A stretch of DNA of 64,000 nucleotides. Origin: an uncultured delta proteobacterium (GTDB lineage Bacteria; Desulfobacterota; RBG-13-43-22). The translations under genes and the position numbers were made by a program. The notes beneath the pieces were generated by a model. That model searched no databases. It was not told where the DNA came from and was given only the letters and a program-made list of their open reading frames with translations. Below are positions 9,228 through 20,216 of the stretch, piece by piece. Position 1 is the stretch's first letter; every line of letters begins with the position of its first letter. The stretch covers positions 1-64,000 of the forward strand of contig CAWJJC010000005.1 of NCBI GenBank assembly GCA_963843145.1. The letters are read 5' to 3'.

Positions 9228-9255
9228 TTGACACCCTTTTTTTTCTTGTTAATCT
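9228..9255 (+). promoter_or_regulatory. Putative sigma70 promoter of the lipoprotein gene
   Basis: TTGACA (9228-9233), 16 bp, extended -10 TGnTAATCT. Confidence 0.5.
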
Positions 9256-9290
9256 TACTCGGAGTATTACTATTTAGAGGAGATTATTCT

Positions 9291-9542
9291 ATGCAATCAA
9301 TTCGTCTTCTCGTGATTGTTTTCTTTGGAACGGTGATCCTTTGCGGTGCCCTCCTGCTGATTGGCTGCAACAGTTCCACCTCGGGAGGTAGCAGCACTCT
9401 TAAGTGCACATATCCCAATGTTCCGAGCTCAACTCAGTGCAATAATATTTCCCTCGGAAACTCTTGTCAAAGCCCTTTCACTTATGATTCAAATTCTAAA
9501 ACCTGCGATATTAATGACTGCTCTGCCTGCGCGCAATACTAA
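9291..9542 (+). CDS. Small Cys-rich lipoprotein
   Basis: GAGGAG RBS; hydrophobic signal with LLIG/C lipobox; Ser/Gly linker; six further Cys. Confidence 0.65.
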   Translation: MQSIRLLVIVFFGTVILCGALLLIGCNSSTSGGSSTLKCTYPNVPSSTQCNNISLGNSCQSPFTYDSNSKTCDINDCSACAQY

Positions 9543-9616
9543 GAAAAAGCCTCACCCTTACCCTTAGCAGCCAAAACCGGACCCGCCGGGTCAGATTAAC
9601 CCCTTACAATGGTTCC

Positions 9617-9644
9617 CGTGGCGCCTAGTGGCGCCACGTTCTAC
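9617..9644 (-). repeat. GTAG-type REP-like hairpin
   Basis: Minus strand GTAG-AA-CGTGGCGCC-ACTA-GGCGCCACG, a perfect 9-bp stem. Confidence 0.55.
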
Positions 9645-9962
9645 CCGGTGGCCTGAGCTCTCTACCTTCCCAATCATCTTCCTGTCAGACAGTGACCTGG
9701 AGAAGATGCTGGATTTCCTGAACGCTATGTCCCCCAGCGCCCTGAAGATCACCAGGGGCTATGTTAAGGGCGACCGGGCTGTCCTGTATGCTGAGGGAGT
9801 TCTTGCAGAAGAACGCCGCTCCTTTGAGCGGCCTTTAAGCTTCTAAGGCGGCGTTACGCCCGGTGTCCCGGACTTCCTTTGTGCGGCCGGAAGCCTGGAT
9901 CCGGCTTAGGCCGGTTCCCGTGGGAAAAATTTATGATTTTTTTTAATGGGGGAAAGAGAAGC

Positions 9963-10466
9963 TCAGGAAGTCTTTGGCGACAGGGCGACTTTCCGGCGGC
10001 CTGGGGGCCGGCGGTAATGTCGGTAATACTCGGAGAGGAAACGCTTGATATCCGGGCGCCCTTTGAGCGGCCGGTCCAATTTTTCAACGGATCGGATCAC
10101 GTCCCCGGCCGAGGCCCCTGTCGGAAACAGGTTGGCCAGCACCACCAGGCTCAACCCCAGGGTCTCATCGTCGGTGTAGAGGATAAAAGGGTATTGATCG
10201 CTGCCGCGAATAAACCGGGCAAACTTGACCACCCAGGGTTCATCAATTTGACAGGAAGCGAGATCGCAGGATTCCACCGGGATGGTGGTGTACTTCATGC
10301 CGGCCGCCTTCACCCGTCTGGCCAGTCCCTTGTCCCGCAGTTCCGAAGGCAGGATATCCAGCACCATCCGGTAGCCCTGGCCGGCCAGGACGGTCCATTC
10401 CTCCTCCTTGGGCCGACCGATGAGAATCGAATCTTTATCCAGTTTGATATGTTTCAGGAGATACAT
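9963..10466 (-). CDS. Hypothetical protein, possible DUF442/PTP-like fold lacking CX5R
   Basis: GRP..EEWTVLAGQGYRMVLDI..AAGMKYTTIPV; P-loop position reads ILYTDD. Downstream of lon. Confidence 0.5.
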   Translation of the reverse strand: MYLLKHIKLDKDSILIGRPKEEEWTVLAGQGYRMVLDILPSELRDKGLARRVKAAGMKYTTIPVESCDLASCQIDEPWVVKFARFIRGSDQYPFILYTDDETLGLSLVVLANLFPTGASAGDVIRSVEKLDRPLKGRPDIKRFLSEYYRHYRRPPGRRKVALSPKTS

Positions 10467-10477
10467 ACAGGAAACCT

Positions 10478-10577
10478 CAAATTCGAAATTCGAAACACGA
10501 AATCCGAAACAAATTCAAAGGACAAAAAATCAAAGGTTAAATTCCCGTTTTTCGCTCTGCGCTCAGCGCCCGGCGTC
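10478..10577. repeat. 7-bp periodic intergenic repeat (AAATTCG/AAATCCG plus GCGCTCW type)
   Basis: aaattcg aaattcg aaacacg aaatccg aaacaaattc..; related copies at 23814, 34644, 34812, 38586. Confidence 0.75.
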
Positions 10578-10582
10578 GGTTC

Positions 10583-13028
10583 CTAATGCGCCACCAACTC
10601 GGGGAGAACCGGGACCTCTTCCAGATAAAAAGGCCGGGTCTCTCCTTCCGGCATTTCCTTAAAGAGCTTTTCCGGATCAGTCAGCACCAGGGCCTGACGA
10701 AGCACCTCATCCATGCTTTCCACTGGAAAAATTTCCAGGGACTTTAACACCTTGGCGGGAATGTCCCTCAGGTCTTTTTCATTGTCCTTGGGGATGATCA
10801 CCGTCTTCACTTTGCCGCGCTGAGCGGCAATCAATTTTTCCTTCAACCCGCCTATGGGCAGGACCCGACCACGCAACGTGATCTCGCCGGTCATGGCCAC
10901 TTTCCGTTTGACCGGAATTTTGAGCAGGGCCGAGACAATGGAAGTGGCGATGGTAATCCCCGCCGAAGGTCCGTCCTTGGGAATGGCCCCCTCGGGAATA
11001 TGGATATGGATATCCATTTTCTGATAGAAATTGATGGGCAGACCCAGGCGTTCCGCCCGGGAACGGACGTAACTCAAGGCCGCCTGGGCCGACTCCTGCA
11101 TGACCTCCCCCAGTTTTCCGGTGATGATCAGCTTGCCTTTACCCGGCATCAGCACTACCTCGGTCAAGAGCAGTTCTCCGCCGAATTCCGTCCAGGCCAG
11201 CCCGGTGGTAATACCGATCTCGTCCTTTTCTTCGGTTTCCCCATAACGGAACTTGGAGACCCCCAGGTATTTGGAAATGGAGGAGGCGTTGATCTCCACC
11301 CGGGTATCCATCCCCTTCTTAACCACTTCCTTGGCCACCTTCCGGCAAAGCGAGGCAATTTCCCGCTCCAGGTTGCGCACCCCGGCCTCCCGGGTGAAAT
11401 GGCGAATAATCGCCAAAATGGCGTTATCGGAAATCTCGATATGCGCGGGTGCCAGGCCATTGGCCTCCACCTGTTTTTTCACTAAGAATTGTCGGGCGAT
11501 TTGAAGTTTTTCCTGTTCCGTATATCCCGGCAAGCGGATGATTTCCATCCGGTCCTGCAGGGGCAGGGGGATGGAATAGAGGGTGTTGGCCGTGGTAATA
11601 AAAAAGACCTCCGACAGGTCATAATCGATATCCAGATAATGGTCATTGAAGGCGAAGTTCTGTTCCGGGTCCAGGACTTCCAGCAGGGCCGCCGAAGGAT
11701 CTCCCCGGAAATCCGTGCTCATCTTGTCCACTTCATCGAGGCAGAAAACCGGATTGTTGGACTTGGCCTTGCGCAACGATTGGACGATCTTTCCCGGAAG
11801 CGCCCCGATATACGTCCGCCGGTGGCCCCGAATTTCCGCTTCATCGCGAACCCCGCCCAGAGACAGACGGATGAAATTGCGCCCCGTGGACCGGGCAATC
11901 GATTTGGCCAGGGAGGTTTTCCCCACGCCCGGGGGGCCCACAAAACAAAGAATCGGACCGCGGATCTTCTTATTCAAGCTCTGAACCGCCAGGTATTCCA
12001 GGATCCGCTCCTTCGGCTTTTCCAGGCCGTAGTGGTCTTCATGGAGAATTTTTTCCGCTTCGTCGATATCCAGTTTCACCCGGCTTTTGTTGTACCAAGG
12101 GCAGCGCGAGCAGCCAGTCGATGTAATTGCGCACCACCGTCGCCTCCGCCGACATGGGGGACATCATTTTCAATTTTTTCAATTCATGGCGGACCTTGGT
12201 GCCGGCCTCCTTGGACATGCGTTTGCGTTTAATCTGTTTTTCCAGTTCCTGGATCTCATTCTTAAAGTCGTCCTGCTCCCCCATCTCTTTCTGAATAGCC
12301 CGCATCTGCTCGTTCAGGTAGTAATCCCGCTGGGTCTTCTCCATTTGTTTCTTGACCCGGCCTTTAATGCGCTGTTCGATCTCTAAGATATCAATTTCGC
12401 CCCGCATGAATTCGTAAAGCTTTTCCAGTCGCTGGCTGACCTGAATGATCTCCAGGACCTCCTGCTTCTGCTCCAACTTGATTCCTAAATGGGGGACCAG
12501 GGCATCGACCAGGCGGGTGGGATCATCGAGGCCGTTGATGGTATGGACCAGCTCCTGGGGGATTTTCTTGTTGAATTTCTGATAATTCTCAAAGGTGTTC
12601 TTGACCGTCCGGACCAGCGCTTCCCTCTCGGATTCCGTGGCCGGAAGATCCGTCAGTTCCTCCACTTCCACCAGAAAAAAGGTCTTATTGGGCAAATAGC
12701 GCCGGGCCCGGGCCCGATACCGGCCCTCGATCAAGACCTTGACCGTCCCGTCAGGCAGACGAAGCATTTGCAGAATCGTGCTCACGGTTCCTACCTGATA
12801 AAGCTCCCTTTCCGAAGGATCGTCTATTTTGGCCTGACGCTGGGCCAGGAGAAAAACATCCTTTTCCAGGGACATGCTGTACTCCAGCGCCTGGATGGAT
12901 TTTTCGCGCCCCACAAACAAAGGGGCCACCATTCCGGGAAAAACAACAATGTCTCTGAGCGGCAGCACGGGGATGATTTGTTTAAGACCCCGAGATTGAT
13001 GCTGGTCTTTAGATATAATTTCCGACAT
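10583..13028 (-). CDS. lon: ATP-dependent protease Lon (single extra base near 12097 splits the ORF; probable sequence error)
   Basis: [13 protein letters not shown]-domain; GPPGVGKTS; PKDGPSAG catalytic Ser. Removing one T restores [13 protein letters not shown]. Confidence 0.95.
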
Positions 13029-13039
13029 AAGGACTTCCT

Positions 13040-14299
13040 TTAGGCTGATTCGGCCTGATTTTCATAAAGGAGTATGGGCGCCTCCTTGGTTAACACCACT
13101 TCCTCACTGATGATGCATTCCCTCACATTGCTCAACGAGGGAATCTCAAACATGATATCCAACATGGAATTCTCCAGGATGGAACGCAGTCCCCGGGCCC
13201 CGGATTTGCGTTTCAGCGCCTCCCGGGCAACGGCCTTAATGGCCCCCTCGGTGAACTTCAAATCCACGCCCTGCAACTGGAAAAGCTTTTGATACTGACG
13301 AACGATGGCATTCTTGGGTTCCCGGAGGATCCGAATCAAGGCCTCTTCGCTCAGTTCATCCAAGGTGGCAATGACCGGCAGGCGGCCGATAAATTCCGGG
13401 ATTAATCCGAATTTAAGCAGGTCTTCCGGCCGGACCCCCTCCAAAATCTCTCCCAGGCGTTTTTTCTCGGAACGTTTTTGGATATTGGCCCCGAAGCCCA
13501 TGGCCTTGGCTCCCAGCCGGCCCTGGATTATTTTATCCAGTCCGTTAAAGGCCCCCCCGCAGATGAAAAGGATATTGGAGGTGTCCACCCGGACGAATTC
13601 CTGCTGGGGGTGCTTGCGCCCTCCCTTGGGGGGAACACTGGCCATGGTCCCCTCGATAATCTTAAGCAGTGCCTGCTGAACTCCTTCACCGGATACATCC
13701 CGGGTGATGGAGGTGTTCTCCGACTTGCGGGCAATTTTATCGATTTCGTCAATATAGACGATCCCGCGACTGGCCCGTTCCACATCATATTCAGCGGCCT
13801 GCAACAAATTCAAAATGATATTTTCCACGTCCTCGCCCACGTAACCGGCTTCCGTCAGCGCGGTAGCGTCGGCAATGGTAAAAGGCACTTTTAAGATTTT
13901 GGCCAGGGTCTGGGCTAAAAGGGTCTTGCCGGACCCGGTGGGACCGATTAACAAAATGTTACTTTTTTGCAGATCCACCCCGTCCATGTCGATCTTGGTG
14001 TCGATCCGTTGGTAGTGGTTATGGACGGCCACCGACAATATCTTCTTGGCTTTTTCCTGTTCGATGACGTATTGATCGAGGGTGGCCTTGATATCCGCCG
14101 GTTTGGGAACTTTATCACCGACCTGGGCTTCCTCCTTCTCATACTCTTCGGCGATGATTTCATTGCAGAGACCGATGCATTCATCGCAAATATAGACCGA
14201 AGGCCCGGCGATCAACTTTTTGACTTCCTCCTGGTTTTTCCCGCAAAAGGAGCAGACCAGTTCGTTCCCCTTGCCCTTGTCATTGCCTCTCTTGTTCAT
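13040..14299 (-). CDS. clpX: Clp protease ATP-binding subunit ClpX
   Basis: CSFCGK..ICDEC zinc finger, [26 protein letters not shown]. Confidence 0.98.
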   Translation of the reverse strand: MNKRGNDKGKGNELVCSFCGKNQEEVKKLIAGPSVYICDECIGLCNEIIAEEYEKEEAQVGDKVPKPADIKATLDQYVIEQEKAKKILSVAVHNHYQRIDTKIDMDGVDLQKSNILLIGPTGSGKTLLAQTLAKILKVPFTIADATALTEAGYVGEDVENIILNLLQAAEYDVERASRGIVYIDEIDKIARKSENTSITRDVSGEGVQQALLKIIEGTMASVPPKGGRKHPQQEFVRVDTSNILFICGGAFNGLDKIIQGRLGAKAMGFGANIQKRSEKKRLGEILEGVRPEDLLKFGLIPEFIGRLPVIATLDELSEEALIRILREPKNAIVRQYQKLFQLQGVDLKFTEGAIKAVAREALKRKSGARGLRSILENSMLDIMFEIPSLSNVRECIISEEVVLTKEAPILLYENQAESA

Positions 14300-14331
14300 G
14301 CTGCCTTCCTCTTTTCTGCCTTGACTTGACC

Positions 14332-14937
14332 TTAACTCGCCGCGGCGGGTGCCGGTTCTCGTTGAGAAATCACCTTGTCCACGATGCCATACTCCTTAGC
14401 CTGTTCCCCGGTCATGAAAAAGTCCCGATCCGTGTCTTTTTGAATTTTTTCATAGGGCTGCCCGGTATGCCGGACCAGAATATTGTTCAGCTCTTCCCGC
14501 ATGCGCAAAATCTCCCGAGCCTGGATATCCACATCGGTGGCCTGTCCCTGAAACCCCCCCAAGGGTTGATGGATTAGAATTCGGGAGTGGGGCAAGGCAT
14601 AACGCAGTCCCGGAGCGCCGGCCGCCAGCAACAAAGCGCCCATACTCGAAGCCTGTCCGAGGCACAAGGTGGAAATATTCGGTTTAATGTACTGCATGGT
14701 GTCGTAAATCGCCAGCCCGGAAGTGACAACTCCACCCGGCGAATTGATATACATGTGGATATCCTTATCCGGATCATCGGCCTCCAGGAAAAGGAGTTGG
14801 GCGATAATCAGATTGGCGACATGGTCTTCAATGGGGGAACCCAAAAAAAGGATTCGGTCCTTGAGCAGACGGGAATAGATATCATAGGCCCTCTCCCCCC
14901 GGCTGTCCTGTTCGACTACAATAGGTATTAACGTCAT
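14332..14937 (-). CDS. clpP: Clp protease proteolytic subunit
   Basis: [35 protein letters not shown]. Confidence 0.98.
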   Translation of the reverse strand: MTLIPIVVEQDSRGERAYDIYSRLLKDRILFLGSPIEDHVANLIIAQLLFLEADDPDKDIHMYINSPGGVVTSGLAIYDTMQYIKPNISTLCLGQASSMGALLLAAGAPGLRYALPHSRILIHQPLGGFQGQATDVDIQAREILRMREELNNILVRHTGQPYEKIQKDTDRDFFMTGEQAKEYGIVDKVISQREPAPAAAS

Positions 14938-14955
14938 AAATATTCCTCAACGATT

Positions 14956-16245
14956 CTATGAATGAGTGATTTGGGCCTGATCTTTCAAAAAGGTCAAAGT
15001 TTTTTCTTCGAGCAATTGGGCGCTCAACTGGGGCAGCATATTGTTTTTCTGGTACACTTCCCGAACAAAACCAGCCGATTGGTTGACTCCCTGAGCAATC
15101 TTGGCGAATTCGGCCTCCAGTTCCTCTTGATGCACCTCCAGTGACTCCAAGCTTGCTATTTTTTCCAGAATCAACTGCCGGCGCACCCTTTTTTGAGCTA
15201 CCGGTTTCATATTTTCCCGGATTCGATTGTGGTCCGCCTCGTTTTGGGGCCAGGTCATACCTCGTCGGGTCATGTCCTGCTCCAAACGGGCCATCATGGC
15301 CTCCATTTCCTGATCGACCAACGCTTCGGGAACCTCAAACTCCGTTTTGGCCATTAACTGCTCCAGGAGTTCTTCGTTTACTTTAGCCTCAGCCCGCTGT
15401 TTTTCCATATTTTCCAGATCTTCCCGAATCTTAGCCTTGAGGTCCTCCAGGGAATTGAATAACCCCTCTTGCAGGCTTTTAGCAAATTCATCGTTTAATT
15501 CCGGAAGGTTCCGTTCCTTGATCTCTTTCAGGTTGACCCTATATTTTATCCTTTTACCGGCCAGCAAGGCATTTCCATGGGTTTCCGGGAATTGAATCTC
15601 AAATTCCCTGGTTTCACCCTTTCTCTGACCCAACAGTTCTTTTTCGAAATCCGCGTTAAAATACCCGCCTCCTACCTCCAAATCAAAATTGGCGGCCGAA
15701 CCATCGGGTAATGGCTGATCGTCCAGCCAGGAATTATAATCAATGACCGCAAAATCCCCCTCTTGAAGCGGTCGCTCGGTCTCCAGGGAGGATAACACGC
15801 CATGGGATCGCTGGATGAGCGTCAGCCGGTGCTCCACGTCCTCTTCTTTTACGGCCGCCTCCTGCCGGTTTAATGATAATCCCTTATAATCCGAGACGAT
15901 AATTTCCGGTTTCAATTCGATCGTGGCTTGAAAGGTAAAGGGCCCCTCGGGATTAAGGGTCGGTTGGTCCAGCAAGGGCATAGCTATCGGAATCAATTGG
16001 GATTCTTTCAAGGCCTCCGGGTAACTTTTGGAAACCAGGTTTCGGACCACCTCATCCTCAATCTGAGGACCATAATACTTTTCTACCATACTTCGGGGGA
16101 CTTTCCCCGGCCGGAACCCCTTCATTTTGACTTTCTTGTTGACACCCCGGTAAACCGTCTGCCATTCTTCTTTTACCTTTTCCGGTTCGACCTCGATAAT
16201 CAATTTTTTTCGAATCGGGGATAAATCTTCCACCTGTATTTTCAT
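14956..16245 (-). CDS. tig: Trigger factor
   Basis: GFRPGKVP motif, FKBP domain, tRNA-Leu-tig-clpP-clpX-lon synteny. Confidence 0.96.
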   Translation of the reverse strand: MKIQVEDLSPIRKKLIIEVEPEKVKEEWQTVYRGVNKKVKMKGFRPGKVPRSMVEKYYGPQIEDEVVRNLVSKSYPEALKESQLIPIAMPLLDQPTLNPEGPFTFQATIELKPEIIVSDYKGLSLNRQEAAVKEEDVEHRLTLIQRSHGVLSSLETERPLQEGDFAVIDYNSWLDDQPLPDGSAANFDLEVGGGYFNADFEKELLGQRKGETREFEIQFPETHGNALLAGKRIKYRVNLKEIKERNLPELNDEFAKSLQEGLFNSLEDLKAKIREDLENMEKQRAEAKVNEELLEQLMAKTEFEVPEALVDQEMEAMMARLEQDMTRRGMTWPQNEADHNRIRENMKPVAQKRVRRQLILEKIASLESLEVHQEELEAEFAKIAQGVNQSAGFVREVYQKNNMLPQLSAQLLEEKTLTFLKDQAQITHS

Positions 16246-16270
16246 AGCCTTGTCCTTGTTGCGCCGGTAT

Positions 16271-16357
16271 TGGTGCGAGAGGGGGGATTTGAACCCCCAC
16301 CCTGTCGCCAGGGCTGGATCCTAAGTCCAGTGCGTCTACCAACTCCGCCACTCTCGC
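16271..16357 (-). tRNA. tRNA-Leu (anticodon TAG)
   Basis: GCGAGAG acceptor stem, CTGGA-CTTAGGA-TCCAG anticodon arm, long variable arm, GTTCAAAT T-loop, encoded CCA. Confidence 0.97.
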
Positions 16358-16423
16358 CCTGTACTATCGCCTCTTTATAGGGTTATCTTTAATTTTTTAA
16401 TATACTTATTCCGCAACCAAAAG

Positions 16424-17092
16424 TCAAGGTTCCTGACCTGGGGCGGGCAGGGTCAAAAGGTCCGGCAATCCGGCAATGATCCAATCCGGGTTGGCTTCCA
16501 GGATCTCTGTCAGTCGATTCTGCCCCCCCCGGACGACCGCCACCAGGACCCCGGCGTTCCGGGCGGCCTTAATATCATCCAGGCTGTCTCCCACGTACCA
16601 GACCTCCTTAGCCCGAAACCCCAAACGCCGGCAAACCAATTGGAGCCCGGCGGGGTGAGGCTTGAGCCACCGGGCATCGTTACGACTGACCGCGGCGTCC
16701 AGGTAGGGCCCCAAGCCCAACCTCTCTAAGGCTTCTGACAGGCTGGCGCTCCCCACATTGCTGACCAGACCGGTGCTGATCCCCCGACCTTTGATTTCCC
16801 TTAACGTCTCCTGAACCCCTGCCCTGACCTGCCAGCGAGTCAAGGCATCGGCATCGTAGCGATCATAAATGCCGGAAAGGGCCGCCACCCCTTCTGAGCG
16901 TCCAAAATTTTCCTGGTATCGCCAAGCAATGTTCATCAGGTCGGCGTAACTGCCCCCTTGCCCTTCCGGGATCATCCCCAAATTCGCCAAAGTCGCGGCG
17001 CCTTCGGCCTCGGCTTCCACCAAACGCCATTGGAAATCCACCAGGGTTCCCTCAAAATCAAAAATCAGGGCCTTCGGATAGACGGCTGTCAT
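16424..17092 (-). CDS. HAD-family hydrolase (phosphoglycolate-phosphatase-like)
   Basis: IFDFEGTLVD, LVSN, KPHP, YVGDSLDDI. Start moved to MTAVYP. Confidence 0.85.
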   Translation of the reverse strand: MTAVYPKALIFDFEGTLVDFQWRLVEAEAEGAATLANLGMIPEGQGGSYADLMNIAWRYQENFGRSEGVAALSGIYDRYDADALTRWQVRAGVQETLREIKGRGISTGLVSNVGSASLSEALERLGLGPYLDAAVSRNDARWLKPHPAGLQLVCRRLGFRAKEVWYVGDSLDDIKAARNAGVLVAVVRGGQNRLTEILEANPDWIIAGLPDLLTLPAPGQEP

Positions 17093-17136
17093 GGGGCCCC
17101 CCCTGAGTTTACGACTTATTGGAAGTCCGTCATTTC

Positions 17137-17286
17137 TGATATGTTCGCAAAAAGTCCCCAGCGCTGTCATTGCGAGGAGTGAAGCGACGAAGCAATCCCA
17201 CCATGAACCAGCTAGTTACTGTGGTAGGGATTGCTTCGTCGTTCGCTCGCAATGACAGGTTTGTGGACTTTTTGCGAGGTTTCATT
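17137..17286. repeat. MITE-like palindrome: TTCGCAAAAAGTC ends enclosing a GTCATTGCGAG..CTCGCAATGAC hairpin
   Basis: Nested inverted repeats; second copy at 29323-29481; lone end at ~22964-22983. Confidence 0.75.
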
Positions 17287-17356
17287 TTTTACAATCCTTT
17301 ATTAAAGGGGAAGATTTTCACGATTCGCGAGTATCGACGTGGAGATGGCGTTTGAT

Positions 17357-18661
<1,305 letters not shown>

Positions 18662-18832
18662 TTAGTTACGACCTTTAATTGTAGTTACTAAGGTACCCTA
18701 TTTTCAAATCTGTTGCATCAGGGTTTTTATGCCAAGGGGAGGGAAAAGTCAACTTCCTTATGCCGACCAAGAATACCGATATCCAATATCGAACTCCGGG
18801 GGAAGAATTATGAAAGAGGAGGGGCGACCTCT

Positions 18833-18975
18833 ATGAACATCGAACATCGAACGTCCAACATCGAATATTGAATTAATAAAGACAAAGAACCGGAAAGGGC
18901 TGGTGGGTGTTCGGCCTTTGCTTTTTACGTTTTCATTGAATGTTGGACGTTCGATGTTCGATGTTCGACGTTCAT
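18833..18975. repeat. Inverted pair of 7-bp periodic arms (GAACATC)n ... (GATGTTC)n
   Basis: gaacatc gaacatc gaacgtc caacatc ... gttggac gttcgat gttcgat gttcgac, abutting the htpX stop. Confidence 0.75.
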
Positions 18976-18979
18976 CTTT

Positions 18980-19837
18980 TTAGTATTTCATGCCTCGCAG
19001 CCGGGCAATCCGCTCTTCGATTGGGGGGTGGGTACTGAAAAGATTCATCAGACTCCGGCCCGATAAGGGGTTGACAATAAACATATGCGCCGTGGACGGT
19101 TTGGCATCCGTCATAGGAATCTGTTGGGAGGCCCGCTGCAATTTTTCCAGGGCCGAGGCCAGACTCAGGGGGTTATGAGACAACTGGGCCCCGGAGGCGT
19201 CGGCCAGATATTCCCGGGAACGGGAAATGGCCATCTGGATCAGCATGGCGGCCAGGGGCGCCACAATGGTCAAAACCAGCAGGCCGATGATCCCCCCGCC
19301 TCCGCCTTCCTCGTCACTGCTGCGCCCGCCGCCGAATATAGCGGCGAAGCGGGCCATATTGGCAATCATCATAATCGCCCCGGCCATGGTGGCGGCAATG
19401 GACCCGATCAGGATGTCCCGGTTTTTTACGTGGCTTAATTCATGGGCCAGAACCCCGCGCAGTTCATCCCGGGAGAGGATGCGCATGATCCCCGTGGTCA
19501 CCGCCACCACCGCGTGCTGAGGATTCCTGCCGGTGGCAAAGGCGTTGGGCGAATCATCCTCGATCATATAGATCCTGGGCTTGGGAATACCGCCGCTCTG
19601 CGCCAGTTCGGCCACAATTTGATGGATCCCCGGGTTTTCCTGGGGTGAAACCTCCTGGGCCCGGTACATGGCCAGGACGATCTTATCGGAAAACCAGTAA
19701 CTGCCCAGATTCATGACCCCGGCCAGGAAAAAAGCCAGGATCATCCCCTGCCGGCCGCCGAGGGCCCGGCCGATCAGGATGATCAAGACCGTCATCAAGG
19801 CCAATAGAAATGTGGTTTTCATGGTGTTCGAAAACAT
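18980..19837 (-). CDS. htpX: Zinc metalloprotease HtpX
   Basis: [31 protein letters not shown]; GAAGGAG RBS before MFSNT. Confidence 0.95.
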   Translation of the reverse strand: MFSNTMKTTFLLALMTVLIILIGRALGGRQGMILAFFLAGVMNLGSYWFSDKIVLAMYRAQEVSPQENPGIHQIVAELAQSGGIPKPRIYMIEDDSPNAFATGRNPQHAVVAVTTGIMRILSRDELRGVLAHELSHVKNRDILIGSIAATMAGAIMMIANMARFAAIFGGGRSSDEEGGGGGIIGLLVLTIVAPLAAMLIQMAISRSREYLADASGAQLSHNPLSLASALEKLQRASQQIPMTDAKPSTAHMFIVNPLSGRSLMNLFSTHPPIEERIARLRGMKY

Positions 19838-19888
19838 AGGGGTTACTCCTTCATTAGTACGCAAATAACCTTTTTGACTTGCAAATGG

Positions 19889-20085
19889 CCAATAATCAAT
19901 AGTCAATTGACAATTACCAATTGATTATTGATTATTATAGAAAATTTGGTGGTTATACCAGTTCCCTTGAAATCCCCATAAATCCCCCTTTGCTAAAGGG
20001 GGACTTTAACTCCCCCCTTAGAAAAAGGGGAGTTGGGGGGGATTTTCATGCTTCGGGGTGCCCGCCCCGAGCATGGGGGCTTAGT
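19889..20085. repeat. Composite intergenic repeat (AATAATCAAT..ATTGATTATT palindrome, CCCCC/GGGGG hairpins, TTCATGCTTCG..GCATGGGGG)
   Basis: The first and last modules recur at 27319-27445. Confidence 0.65.
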
Positions 20086-20119
20086 ATGTAAATAAGAAAC
20101 GAATTTAAAATATCCCCCC

Positions 20120-20143
20120 GGCCGGCGGGGTCGCCGGCCCTAC
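20120..20143 (-). repeat. GTAG-type REP hairpin
   Basis: GTAG-GGCCGGCG-ACCC-CGCCGGCC; sister copy at 38040-38063. Confidence 0.7.
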
Positions 20144-20216
20144 GAAAAACGAAAACGTGAAATATTTTCACTCAGCGGCTTATCCCTGTCAAGGAAAACC
20201 GGAACAGGAGTCCGCC

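Noticed and set aside
9628-9846. 72-aa ORF at the island edge
   Set aside because: Starts inside a REP hairpin; the middle may be a gene fragment, but no family could be assigned.
159-9850. Integron cassette array
   Set aside because: No RYYYAAC..GTTRRRY attC structures were seen, and the integrase fragment is too short to show IntI-specific features.
12079-12110. Programmed frameshift or natural split of lon
   Set aside because: No slippery sequence; deleting one base restores canonical Lon, so an error is more likely.
16271-16357. tRNA-Leu as island integration site
   Set aside because: It sits in its usual position before tig, and no duplicated 3' end was seen in the window.
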